From: a virus
DNA: 64,000 nt
Virus record (IMG/VR): IMGVR_UViG_3300045988_116708
Span: 9,039 to 73,038 of that record
Strand: one strand, 5' to 3'
Shown: one piece after another, positions 33,874 to 42,532 of the stretch
Numbering within the stretch: the first letter of the stretch is position 1
Layout of the letters: every line of letters starts with the position of its first letter
Made by a program: the position numbers and the translations under genes
Notes under the pieces: model-generated
Told to the model about the DNA's origin: nothing
The model's input: the letters and a program-made list of their open reading frames with translations, nothing else
Database searches by the model: none

Positions 33874-35211
33874 ATGAATGAATCATTATTTATTGAATTT
33901 GTAAAAAAAATATGGCCCAAATTGAGCCTATATGTGAAAGAAAAGACCAATGGAACAAATAAGAATTTGACCTATCTTCACAAAACTATGCTTACCAGAG
34001 TATATTCTCCTGATCAAAAATGGGAAGGTACTTCTGCTAACACTACTTATGTAGCAGCGGATATGGTAGCTATGGATTCTCCTTTGTCTCCCAAGAAACG
34101 TGACTCTATTGCACGTTCTAGTGGTGAATTGCCTAAAGTTGGTATTAAAAAGATTCTGAGAGAAACTCAGATCAACGCTATTAATATCATGAAAGCACAT
34201 TTGTCTAATGCCACTACAGAGGAAGCGCAAAAATCTCTCAAAAACAGAATCTTTTCTCGATTAACTGATGACGGAACCGCATGTTCTGTTGGTATTGATG
34301 AAAGGAATGAAGCTAATTTCCTTACTGGGCTGTCTGATGGGGTTATTATTGTTGAAGGTGATGATGATAAAAATTCCGGTCTCGGACTTCGTGTAAATTA
34401 TGGTTATTTGCCAGAACATAGTTTTGGTGTTGTTACTACCGGAGAAGTAACAGGTGATGATATTGAAAGAGTTATAGGTAAAGCCAACGATGACGGGAAT
34501 AGCATTTCTGTTATCATGTTAGCGTTGTCTACCTATAACAAAATGCGTCAATCTCAATGGGCTAAGGAATTGGTGGCAAGTTATCGAGGGCAAACCTTTG
34601 ATAATGAAACAAAGTTGCCTGTTCCCACTTCTACGTTGTTTGATGAAGCATTTTCTGATCAATATAATGGCATTTCATTCTTTAAGATTGATCGTTCTGT
34701 CACTTATGAAAAGAATGGTAAAAGAGTTTCTTATAAGCCGTGGAATGCAAATAAACTTATATTCCTTCCTTCTGCTGACAATGTAGGTTCTTTTGTATGG
34801 GGAACTTTGGCTGAATCTACTAACCCTGTCAAGGGAGTAGAATATACCATTGTTGATGAATATAAGCTGATTAGCCGTTACTCCAAAACAGACCCGTTGC
34901 AGGAATTTACGAATGGGCAGGCTCTTTGTTTGCCGGTTATTGAGAATGTAGACCAGATTTATTCATTGGATATTCTGGAAGCTCAAACAGTAGATACAAC
35001 GAAAGAATCTGAGGATTCTACTGATGTAAAGATTACGATTTGGGGAGTAACTTACAAGAAGCCAGAATTTGTGACAGAATACAATAAAATCGCTGGTAAA
35101 AACTTGACTTCCACCGTTTCCGATGATAAACTTATCGCGGCAGTCAACAGATTGAGTGATGCAGACGAAGCATCGTTGAAAAAAGCGGTTGAATCCCATA
35201 AAGCAACATAA
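33874..35211 (+). CDS. Major capsid protein
   Basis: 445 aa; strong SD-like AAGGAGGTG upstream. Called on position and size. Confidence 0.7.
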   Translation: MNESLFIEFVKKIWPKLSLYVKEKTNGTNKNLTYLHKTMLTRVYSPDQKWEGTSANTTYVAADMVAMDSPLSPKKRDSIARSSGELPKVGIKKILRETQINAINIMKAHLSNATTEEAQKSLKNRIFSRLTDDGTACSVGIDERNEANFLTGLSDGVIIVEGDDDKNSGLGLRVNYGYLPEHSFGVVTTGEVTGDDIERVIGKANDDGNSISVIMLALSTYNKMRQSQWAKELVASYRGQTFDNETKLPVPTSTLFDEAFSDQYNGISFFKIDRSVTYEKNGKRVSYKPWNANKLIFLPSADNVGSFVWGTLAESTNPVKGVEYTIVDEYKLISRYSKTDPLQEFTNGQALCLPVIENVDQIYSLDILEAQTVDTTKESEDSTDVKITIWGVTYKKPEFVTEYNKIAGKNLTSTVSDDKLIAAVNRLSDADEASLKKAVESHKAT

Positions 35212-35214
35212 TCC

Positions 35215-35553
35215 ATGAAGACAATTCAGCAAGCCCTTATAGACGAAATACATTACCCGATTCCAGCTGGTTTTGTAGAGAATGTTATGATTAAACGTAA
35301 TCTCAAAGTTGATGAAGAGTTTGATTATGACGTTTCTCGTTCCAACGAATATCAGGGGGCATTAGCTGATTGTCTTTGGTCTTTAGTTCAGTCTATCAAT
35401 TTTTCTGAAGCAGATAAGTCTTTTGGATCTTTATCTGATAAAGACAAAGAGCGAATTTTGTTACGTGTCAACTCTATCTACAATACTATTGGTGAGCCTT
35501 CGGTAGAACTGGAGGCAAAGCCGATGGTATATGTAGGTGATTGCTTGTTATAG
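35215..35553 (+). CDS. Head-tail connector protein (positional)
   Basis: Synteny after the capsid gene. Confidence 0.45.
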   Translation: MKTIQQALIDEIHYPIPAGFVENVMIKRNLKVDEEFDYDVSRSNEYQGALADCLWSLVQSINFSEADKSFGSLSDKDKERILLRVNSIYNTIGEPSVELEAKPMVYVGDCLL

Positions 35554-35555
35554 TA

Positions 35556-35882
35556 ATGGCTGTATTGAATAGAAATCCACACCGTTTGCAATATCTTATA
35601 TCCACACAAGGATACGAAGATGAAAACGGCGACTATCATCCCGGGCTCTCTGAGTGGAGTGGTTCGATTCCTTGCGATGCAGTACCATCCGGTAGAGCAG
35701 AAGAAAGAGAGTTTGAGGACGGTGTTATAAGGAGCTATTCATATACGGTTTATCTACCGAGTAATTGTCGTACATTTACTATTGGAGATAGAGTTAAAAT
35801 AGGCCTGCTTGGAGGAATTGAAAGAGAATTTCAAGTCAAAGGTTTCCATCGTTATCAGCTTCAGTGTAAAATATGGGTTTAG
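35556..35882 (+). CDS. Head-closure/adaptor protein (positional)
   Basis: ATG 35556; synteny. Confidence 0.45.
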   Translation: MAVLNRNPHRLQYLISTQGYEDENGDYHPGLSEWSGSIPCDAVPSGRAEEREFEDGVIRSYSYTVYLPSNCRTFTIGDRVKIGLLGGIEREFQVKGFHRYQLQCKIWV

Positions 35883-35885
35883 TAT

Positions 35886-36347
35886 ATGGGCATAAAGATG
35901 ACTACTAAGCTGGATGAAGTTCATGACAAGCTTATGAAAGAGGCAGAGCGGGTTGAAAGATTGATAATACGGGCCTTATCGTATCTCGGTGAACAATGTG
36001 TCACTAGGGTACGTAATCGAGGCGGTGAGAAAAGCTGGTATGATCAATCTGGAAATTTACGTAGTTCAGTAGGGTATGTAATAGCACATAATGGCAGTAT
36101 TGTCCAATACTCAGACTTTAACCAAGTAAAGCAAGGTTCAGAAGGCGTAAAAGTGGGAAAAGATCTAGCTGAAGAAATCGTAAAAAGATATTTGAATGAT
36201 TATGTGCTGGTAATAGTTGCTGGAATGAATTATGCAGAAAAAGTAGAAGCGATGGATAACAAGGATGTGCTTGCGTCAACAGAACTATGGGCTACCGAAC
36301 AGGTTCCTAAGATGCTTGAAAAACTGAAAAAACAGATTGCTAGATGA
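35886..36347 (+). CDS. HK97 gp10-like neck protein
   Basis: SGNLRSSVGYVI...MNYAEKVE resembles the gp10-family pattern. Confidence 0.55.
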   Translation: MGIKMTTKLDEVHDKLMKEAERVERLIIRALSYLGEQCVTRVRNRGGEKSWYDQSGNLRSSVGYVIAHNGSIVQYSDFNQVKQGSEGVKVGKDLAEEIVKRYLNDYVLVIVAGMNYAEKVEAMDNKDVLASTELWATEQVPKMLEKLKKQIAR

Positions 36348-36766
36348 AATCGGACATTGAAATACAGAAGTTTGTCTATCACAAGATTAAAGGTACAGCT
36401 CTTGAACAAAGTGTTACTGGAAAATTGAGTGATAGAGGTAGACCTAACAAATCAGACAAGGAAGATATTGTCATATCAGTACTTGCTAATGAGGGTTGCG
36501 GGCAAATCCAACGGGCTTATGTGAATATCAATGTTTACGTTAGTGACCAATGGAATGAAGATACGAAACAATGGGAACGAAATACGGTCCGTGTAGGTAA
36601 ATTATGCGAATTGTGTAAGTTCCTTTTCTCCATACGAGAGGAAGAGTATCATACGGTACCTAAGCAATGTTCTCAAAAAACCATTCCAACAGGAGTGACC
36701 TTTGAAGATGGACATACTGAACATTTCATTAATAACAAACTGTATATTGAGATAAATAACGAATAA
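36344..36766 (+). CDS. Tail terminator/completion protein (positional)
   Basis: Synteny; ATGA overlap. Confidence 0.45.
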   Translation: MKSDIEIQKFVYHKIKGTALEQSVTGKLSDRGRPNKSDKEDIVISVLANEGCGQIQRAYVNINVYVSDQWNEDTKQWERNTVRVGKLCELCKFLFSIREEEYHTVPKQCSQKTIPTGVTFEDGHTEHFINNKLYIEINNE

Positions 36767-36773
36767 TTATTAA

Positions 36774-36791
36774 CTATATTAAGTGATATAG
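36774..36791 (+). promoter_or_regulatory. Hairpin H6 (variant) upstream of the major tail gene
   Basis: CTATA-T-TAAGTG-A-TATAG, 4 nt before ATG 36796; the loop resembles H0 (CAAGTG). Confidence 0.35.
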
Positions 36792-36795
36792 AGCT

Positions 36796-37344
36796 ATGGC
36801 AGTTATAGGGTGGGGGAAACCTCGTATATTTATTAAAGATTTGGATGCAAGTTCTCCAAAGTGGGAAGAGCTTCCGACTCCTGTAGAGGATTCTACACAA
36901 TTGACAACAACCAAAGGAGATAAACAGGAAGCCAAGATTGAAGGTGGGGAAAACGAAGACGTAAAGTATGGCAAAAATACTTATGCTCTTGCTCTCAACA
37001 TTCGTGCCGCAAAGGGACGCAAAAGACCTATTAGTGATAGTGATGGTGTAGTTGCTCACAATTACGCTATTGCGTTACAGCCGGAGGATCCGGAAGTTCA
37101 AGGTTTCTGTATGGAAAAGACTACTGTTTCTGTTGAAGATACATTTACTACGGCAGATGGTGGTGTTTGGGCGTATATGTTTGATGCATTAAAACCTGGT
37201 TCCGACAAAAAGCAAATTCAATGGGGTAAAATTATTGTCACTCCGAACACTGGTACACCAACTAAAATTGAATGTGATCCAGAAGATGAATCCGGAGATG
37301 GGGATAAGTTTGAAGTAGCTCCTAATCCGGGTGTAGGAGGTTAA
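36796..37344 (+). CDS. Major tail protein
   Basis: 182 aa; lies upstream of the chaperone-like gene and tape measure. Confidence 0.6.
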   Translation: MAVIGWGKPRIFIKDLDASSPKWEELPTPVEDSTQLTTTKGDKQEAKIEGGENEDVKYGKNTYALALNIRAAKGRKRPISDSDGVVAHNYAIALQPEDPEVQGFCMEKTTVSVEDTFTTADGGVWAYMFDALKPGSDKKQIQWGKIIVTPNTGTPTKIECDPEDESGDGDKFEVAPNPGVGG

Positions 37345-37365
37345 GTTTTGATAGGTAATGCCGAG

Positions 37366-37392
37366 CGTGGGGGCGTAATACCCACGTGTTTT
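37366..37392 (+). terminator. Intrinsic terminator after the major tail gene
   Basis: CGTGGG-N9-CCCACG then TGTTTT. Confidence 0.55.
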
Positions 37393-37463
37393 GCGGAGAT
37401 GGTGTAATGGTTGCATATATATCATCCAGATATCAGGTTACGGTTCAAATCCGTATCTCCGCT
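37393..37463 (+). tRNA. tRNA-like element with a non-canonical anticodon arm (Gly-UCC-like?)
   Basis: Acceptor GCGGAGA/TCTCCGC, D-arm GTGT-AATGGTT-GCAT, T-arm TACGG-TTCAAAT-CCGTA. The anticodon arm folds as ATATC-ATCCA-GATAT (5-nt loop), or as a 7-nt loop CAUCCAG with A at position 33. Confidence 0.5.
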
Positions 37464-37540
37464 CTGTTTTTTGAGAATCTGATTTGTTGTTCATAATTTA
37501 ATGTCGGTTGTCTGTGAAGATAGCCGATAAAAAATAATTG

Positions 37541-38257
37541 ATGATGAAAGAAACTATAAAAGATATAGACGCGGATATTGCTGATATAATAATGAGCGTT
37601 CCGAGAGGATTTAAAGTGGGTAAAAGAAAGTTCTATCTTTATCCTATTACTCTTGGTAAAACATATCTTATTTCACGCCTTATGTCTTCTTTGAATATAA
37701 ATCTAAAAATAGTACACGCTAATCCATACATGGAGGCTTTAAGGCTATGCCAAGACAAGAAAAATATTGTATGCCGTATATTATCCTATCACACAATTAA
37801 TAAGAAAAAAGATTTGTTTGATAATGATGTGATTCAGGAAAGATGTGATTTTTTTATTAAAGAACTTGATAATGAAAGTTTGGCACAACTGCTTGTGATG
37901 GTCCTTTCCGAAGGGGATATATCTCAATTTACTAAGCATTTAGGCATTGACAAAGAAAAAGAGTGGCAAGAAAAGGCGATGAAGGCTAAAAGAGACAATA
38001 ATTCTTTCGTTTTCGGTGGAAAAAGTATATATGGTACACTAATAAGTTCTGCTTGTGAACGTTATGGCTGGACTTTTGAATATGTTGTATGGGGAATAAG
38101 CTATGCCAATCTGCAACTACTTCTTGCCGATTCTATAACGTCTATCTATTTGTCTGACGAAGAACGTAAGCGAGTTAATATACCTAAAGACCGCAACGTG
38201 ATAAATGCTGATGATCCGGCAAATATGGCAAGGATTAAGGCAATGAAATGGGATTGA
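37541..38257 (+). CDS. Tail assembly chaperone-like protein (positional)
   Basis: Lies between the major tail and tape measure genes; no frameshift site recognised; hairpin 37504-37527 upstream. Confidence 0.4.
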   Translation: MMKETIKDIDADIADIIMSVPRGFKVGKRKFYLYPITLGKTYLISRLMSSLNINLKIVHANPYMEALRLCQDKKNIVCRILSYHTINKKKDLFDNDVIQERCDFFIKELDNESLAQLLVMVLSEGDISQFTKHLGIDKEKEWQEKAMKAKRDNNSFVFGGKSIYGTLISSACERYGWTFEYVVWGISYANLQLLLADSITSIYLSDEERKRVNIPKDRNVINADDPANMARIKAMKWD

Positions 38258-38269
38258 TTCAACATAAAT

Positions 38270-38356
38270 GTATGCAATAACTGGGTTTCTTCGGAAATAA
38301 CCCCAGTTTCTTCGGAAATAATACGGTATTATTCCGTGATTAATCACTGATTATTC
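38270..38356. repeat. Dispersed repeat shared with 24503-24569, with an internal duplication
   Basis: GTTTCTTCGGAAATAAC is duplicated here; the 53-nt block 38304-38356 is identical to 24517-24569. Confidence 0.8.
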
Positions 38357-38361
38357 CGTGA

Positions 38362-38405
38362 TCACTACGTGAACACTACGTAATCACTACGTCAACACTA
38401 CGTGA
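38362..38405. repeat. Four tandem 11-bp iterons
   Basis: TCACTACGTGA / ACACTACGTAA / TCACTACGTCA / ACACTACGTGA. Confidence 0.75.
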
Positions 38406-38460
38406 TTTTTAAAATATATTAATTCTTATCTGTTTTATATTGAATACAGATAAAAATATC

Positions 38461-38468
38461 TATATTTG
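38461..38468 (+). promoter_or_regulatory. -7 promoter box
   Basis: TATATTTG preceded by IR TATCTGT...ACAGATA; followed by hairpin GTAACA...TGTTAC. Confidence 0.5.
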
Positions 38469-38879
38469 CATCTGTAACAAGTACGAGATGTTACCAGACA
38501 TTGATTCAGTATTCTCCTGTACGGAGTTTATATATGAATAGCCTCGTAGTAGCTCGTACCTATTACGGGGCTTTCTATTTAAAGCCAGTTATACAATCGG
38601 TTCTATCAGTGCCAACCGTTCCGAACTTTGACAGCGGAGAGATAAAATGGCTCTTATGTTTTGCACTATATGTCTTTTATTGGAAAGTCCTGCTCTGTTC
38701 CTATCACCTAACAACAGGCGCCCAAGCGTTGTATTACGATAACCAATAAGGGATGAATCAAAGATATTGGAGAAGTATTGAGTGTTAAAGCAACAAAATG
38801 GATAATTGAAGTTTAATAAAGTCCATCCACCTCCTAATAATTATCTTGGGAGAAAGGGTGAGGTATAAAATTAGTCAAC

Positions 38880-39365
38880 ATGGAAGAGATATATTCGTTT
38901 GAAGAAATTGCAGATTATATCAATAAGCGTAATTTAGCCGTATCTCCTGAGTACGTTGTTAGTTATTGGACAAAGAAAAAATGGATAACTAAGAAAGGGA
39001 CTCCTGTAAAAACATTAGCTGCTGTTGTTGATGTTGCTAATAGCATATTTCTCACTAAAAAGAGAAGAGAGAAAGGAGAGCCAACTTCTAATTTAAAATC
39101 TCTTCGGAAAATGAAGAGAGAAAAAGAAAAATTAGAATATACTAAATTTACCACTTATAATAACCAACTTCAAGATGATAGATGGATAGCGTTTAGAAAC
39201 TTTGTTCTTACAGCAAGAGGGAAACGTTGTGAAAAATGTGGGAGTGACAAACATATTCAAATACATCATCCATATTATATTAAAGGAAGAGCTGCATGGG
39301 AATACAACTGCTTAGATGTTATCGTATTATGTAGTTGTTGTCATGAAAAAGAGCATCACATTTAA
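38880..39365 (+). CDS. HNH endonuclease
   Basis: CEKCGSDKHIQIHHPYY...LCSCCHEKEHH. Confidence 0.75.
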   Translation: MEEIYSFEEIADYINKRNLAVSPEYVVSYWTKKKWITKKGTPVKTLAAVVDVANSIFLTKKRREKGEPTSNLKSLRKMKREKEKLEYTKFTTYNNQLQDDRWIAFRNFVLTARGKRCEKCGSDKHIQIHHPYYIKGRAAWEYNCLDVIVLCSCCHEKEHHI

Positions 39366-39394
39366 AAGAACAATATAACTTTAAATTATAGTTT

Positions 39395-39781
39395 ATGAAT
39401 GAACTTGTTTTCAAAGGTCAGAATGACCAAGTTTTAACAAGCAGCCTTTTGGTGGCTGAGAAGTTCGGGAAAGAACATAGTAACGTATTAAAAGCTATTG
39501 ATGCTTTAGCTTCTAAAATGCCTGAAAATCAATGTAAAGTATATTTTGACGATACATCAATAGAAATGCAGCAGCCTAATGGTGGTATACGTTATTCTCG
39601 AGTTGTTGTTATGAACAGGGATGGATTTAGTTTACTTGTAATGGGATTTACTGGCAAAAAGGCTTTTGATTTTAAATCTGATTTTTACGATGCTTTTGAA
39701 GCGATGGAAAAAGCGCTAAAAGAGCAAAGGAAGCCATTGTCTCAACTTGATTTTGGAATTTGTTTACGCAAGACCTTTTAG
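39395..39781 (+). CDS. Rha-family phage regulatory protein
   Basis: VLTSSLLVAEKFGKEHSNVLKAIDAL. Confidence 0.7.
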   Translation: MNELVFKGQNDQVLTSSLLVAEKFGKEHSNVLKAIDALASKMPENQCKVYFDDTSIEMQQPNGGIRYSRVVVMNRDGFSLLVMGFTGKKAFDFKSDFYDAFEAMEKALKEQRKPLSQLDFGICLRKTF

Positions 39782-39844
39782 AGAAATATTCAAGGTGTCA
39801 AATTTAGTTTTTACTGCTTTTTATCAGTTACTTAGATAATATGT

Positions 39845-39870
39845 AAAAAAGGCCAGGAGTAATCCCAGCC
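39845..39870 (-). terminator. Terminator of the BIG2 lipoprotein gene
   Basis: Minus strand: GGCTGGGATTACTCCTGGCC hairpin followed by TTTTTT. Confidence 0.55.
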
Positions 39871-39889
39871 TAAAAAAAGAAAAAGGATA

Positions 39890-41284
39890 TTAGTATTGTT
39901 TGTATTGCTTAGATACCTTATATTCTTTTCCTGCATAATTAAATGTCCAAATAAATATAGGCAAATAAACATATCTCATTTGACCGCCTAAATTTGTTGT
40001 TTGTCCGGCTGCTAAAGCGCCCAATTTTGATGCATCATCTGTATATAATACAATATTTTCACTCAATCCATCTTTTACCTCAAACTTAGTAAGAGATATC
40101 TCTTTAGAACTTGTGTTGGTTATGTAACAATACACAGACCCTGTTATATAACCATTAATGGATACAATAGATGAAGAGCTTATACCCAGATTCATAAAAT
40201 CGGAAATCTCAGCTGATACAACTTCGCAAGTGGCAGTATGGGCACCATCTTCTGTAGTTATTGTTATTGTAGAAGTACCTTCCTTCAATGCTGTAACCTT
40301 TCCATTATTGTCTACAGAAACAGTGTTGGGTGCAGAACTGCTAAATTTTACATTTTTATTCTCTGCATTTTCAGGTAAAATAGAATATGTCAATGTATAG
40401 CTTTCTCCATTCAGAATCTTAACTGAAGATTCTGTAAACTGAACTCCTTTTACCGAAAAAGGCAAAACATTCACAGTACACTGCGCTTTAAAATTCCCAT
40501 CATTAGTAGTGGCAATTATGTTACATGTACCTTTTGCCAATGCAGTCACCAATCCGTCTTCTACCTTTGCAATATTAGGATCGCTGGAAGACCATTTGAT
40601 ACTTTTGTCCTTTGCATTTTCAGGAGATACAGTAGCTGTTAGAGTAAATGACTTGCCGGCTTCAATAGATTTAGTTGTTTCATTCAATGTAACTCCTGTA
40701 ACCTTAATAGGATTCACTTTAACAACACATTTGGCGTAGGTATCACTTCCTTTGACTTTGACTGTAATAGTACATTCACCATCGGAAACGGCTGTAACCT
40801 CGCCATCTGCATTAACCGTTGCTATAGTTTTATCCGAAGACTCCCACTCCACTTCTTTGTTGGTAGTATTTTCAGGTTCTATCGTATACTCCAAACGGAA
40901 TGATTCACCGGTAGTCATCGTCTTCTCACTCTCAGATAGTTTGATATCAGTTGCTTCAATTGGAGTTACAGTGACCTTACATATATCTTTCAATTTTAGA
41001 TTAAAAGAAGAAACTGATATAGTAACCTCTCCAACAGACTTTCCATAAACAATACCGTTTTCAACAGTTGCAATTGTTTCATCAGAAGAATTCCATTCAT
41101 ATTCGGGAGCGGGTAAATCTGCTGGCGAATGGCTGACAGTGAGAGTTATTTTCTCACCAACCTTTACTGAAGCTTCACTTTTAGAAATTTCGATAGATTG
41201 TACAACAGGTTTGTCATCATCGCCACAAGAAGATAATGATAGAATAGAAACAATAGATAGTAACAATAAAATAGTTCGTTTCAT
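39890..41284 (-). CDS. Surface lipoprotein with about five tandem BIG2 (bacterial Ig-like) domains and a distinct C-terminal domain
   Basis: MKRTILLLLSIVSILSLSSCGDD lipobox; repeated units such as ...VGEKITLTVSHSP...WNSSDETIATVENGIVYGKSVGEVTISV. Confidence 0.85.
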   Translation of the reverse strand: MKRTILLLLSIVSILSLSSCGDDDKPVVQSIEISKSEASVKVGEKITLTVSHSPADLPAPEYEWNSSDETIATVENGIVYGKSVGEVTISVSSFNLKLKDICKVTVTPIEATDIKLSESEKTMTTGESFRLEYTIEPENTTNKEVEWESSDKTIATVNADGEVTAVSDGECTITVKVKGSDTYAKCVVKVNPIKVTGVTLNETTKSIEAGKSFTLTATVSPENAKDKSIKWSSSDPNIAKVEDGLVTALAKGTCNIIATTNDGNFKAQCTVNVLPFSVKGVQFTESSVKILNGESYTLTYSILPENAENKNVKFSSSAPNTVSVDNNGKVTALKEGTSTITITTEDGAHTATCEVVSAEISDFMNLGISSSSIVSINGYITGSVYCYITNTSSKEISLTKFEVKDGLSENIVLYTDDASKLGALAAGQTTNLGGQMRYVYLPIFIWTFNYAGKEYKVSKQYKQY

Positions 41285-41316
41285 GAATATAACACTTTAA
41301 TATTAAAAATATTTTG

Positions 41317-41324
41317 CAAATATA
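41317..41324 (-). promoter_or_regulatory. -7 promoter box of the lipoprotein gene
   Basis: Plus-strand CAAATATA = TATATTTG on the minus strand, 33 nt upstream of ATG 41284. Confidence 0.55.
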
Positions 41325-41407
41325 ATTTATATATACAATTCATCCTTTTCTTATATTATATTAAATAGTCCTACAAGGTTAATAAAATAAAATACTGTCT
41401 GCTAACT

Positions 41408-41690
41408 ACGTCACTTTTGCGATTATGCCATAATTTTGTAGATGATTTTTTAAGCGCAGATTAGATATAATTTGTATCTTTGTGGTGCTAACAACTTATA
41501 GGAGCGGCAAACTCCTATGGCTTCATCATTGGAGCTATTTTTTTGCCAGTACATATAACAAGTAGTATCATAATTTAAGATATTGCGCACGAACGGTGGG
41601 GTAACAGAAATGTCCCCAAACTAAATTCCTATGAGTTTGTTAGCAGCCGTGAACGTGCGCATTTTTTTGTTATGCTAACAAACTCGATTC
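41408..41690 (+). promoter_or_regulatory. Half cassette, promoter and about 230-nt structured leader of the Bro-N gene
   Basis: ACGTCACTTTTG 41408-41419; TAATTTTG 41431-41438; a terminator-like GCGCACG...CGTGCGC+T7; and the 13-bp pairing GAGTTTGTTAGCA / TGCTAACAAACTC that covers ATG 41672. Confidence 0.5.
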
Positions 41691-42532
41691 AAGTTCTAAA
41701 ACAAACAGAATTGTGTGGACGGCAATTCACAGTTTACGGAACGGCAGAAAATCCATTGTTCTTAGCCAAAGAAGTAGCAGAGTGTATTGAACACAGTAAC
41801 ATCACCGTAATGCTTCAAACAATAGATGAAGAAGAAAAGGTGAAAATCACCCCTAAACAATCCTTAGGGGACTTAGTTAACTACAAAGAATACAACTTCT
41901 TAACTGAAGATGGCTTATACGAAGTCCTCATGCAATCCCGCAAACCTATCGCAAAGCAATTCAAGAAGGGAGTTAAACAAATCCTTCACGAAGTACGAAC
42001 TATTGGCGGTTACATCGCCACCAAGCAAGACGACACCCCCGAAGAAATCATGGCACGTGCGCTAACCATCGCACAAGCTACCCTTGCCAAAAGAGAGGAA
42101 CGGTTAAAGCAGCTTGAAGCTCAAGCCGAACAACAGCAAGTCACCATCGAGATTCAGACAGAGGAAATCAAGAAAGCAGCACCGAAAGTCAGCTACTACG
42201 ACAACCACTTGCAGAGTGTGAACACGCAGACAAGCACCCAAGTAGCCAAGCAGATTGGCTTGGATGCGGAGAAGCTTCACAAGAAACTGAAAGAAATCGG
42301 AATCATCTACAAGCAATCGGGGCAATGGCTCCTTCATGCTCCTTATTCCACTTGGGAGCTGCATTCCACCCGTACACAGACGTACACACGTTCGGACGGT
42401 TCGACAGGAACAAGTGTATATACGGTATGGACTACCAAGGGCGTGCGTTTCATCATCGCATTGTACGAGAATGATTGGAATGTGAAGAAATCCATTAAGC
42501 AGATAAAGGGCGAGATGAATCCGGCCGCATAA
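41672..42532 (+). CDS. Bro-N / KilAC antirepressor-like protein
   Basis: FTVYGTAENPLFLAKEVAECI...EDGLYEVLMQSRKPIAKQFKKGVKQILHEVRTIGGY (Bro-N); C-terminal KilAC-like region. Confidence 0.75.
   Translation: MLTNSIQVLKQTELCGRQFTVYGTAENPLFLAKEVAECIEHSNITVMLQTIDEEEKVKITPKQSLGDLVNYKEYNFLTEDGLYEVLMQSRKPIAKQFKKGVKQILHEVRTIGGYIATKQDDTPEEIMARALTIAQATLAKREERLKQLEAQAEQQQVTIEIQTEEIKKAAPKVSYYDNHLQSVNTQTSTQVAKQIGLDAEKLHKKLKEIGIIYKQSGQWLLHAPYSTWELHSTRTQTYTRSDGSTGTSVYTVWTTKGVRFIIALYENDWNVKKSIKQIKGEMNPAA

Noticed and set aside
38362-38405. Tandem 11-bp repeats considered as a possible CRISPR array
   Set aside because: The units are 11 bp with no spacers, there are only four copies, and no cas genes are present. 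The pattern is iteron-like, not CRISPR.
38501-38749. 82-aa ORF in the ORF-poor region upstream of the HNH gene
   Set aside because: It has a TTG start, a Tyr/Leu/Cys-rich implausible sequence and no coupling to neighbours. The region is treated as non-coding and listed as a finding.
40158-41048. Three + strand ORFs (80, 76, 98 aa) opposite the BIG2 lipoprotein gene
   Set aside because: They are antisense shadows of a repetitive Ig-domain gene. The minus-strand ORF has a signal peptide, lipobox, promoter and terminator.
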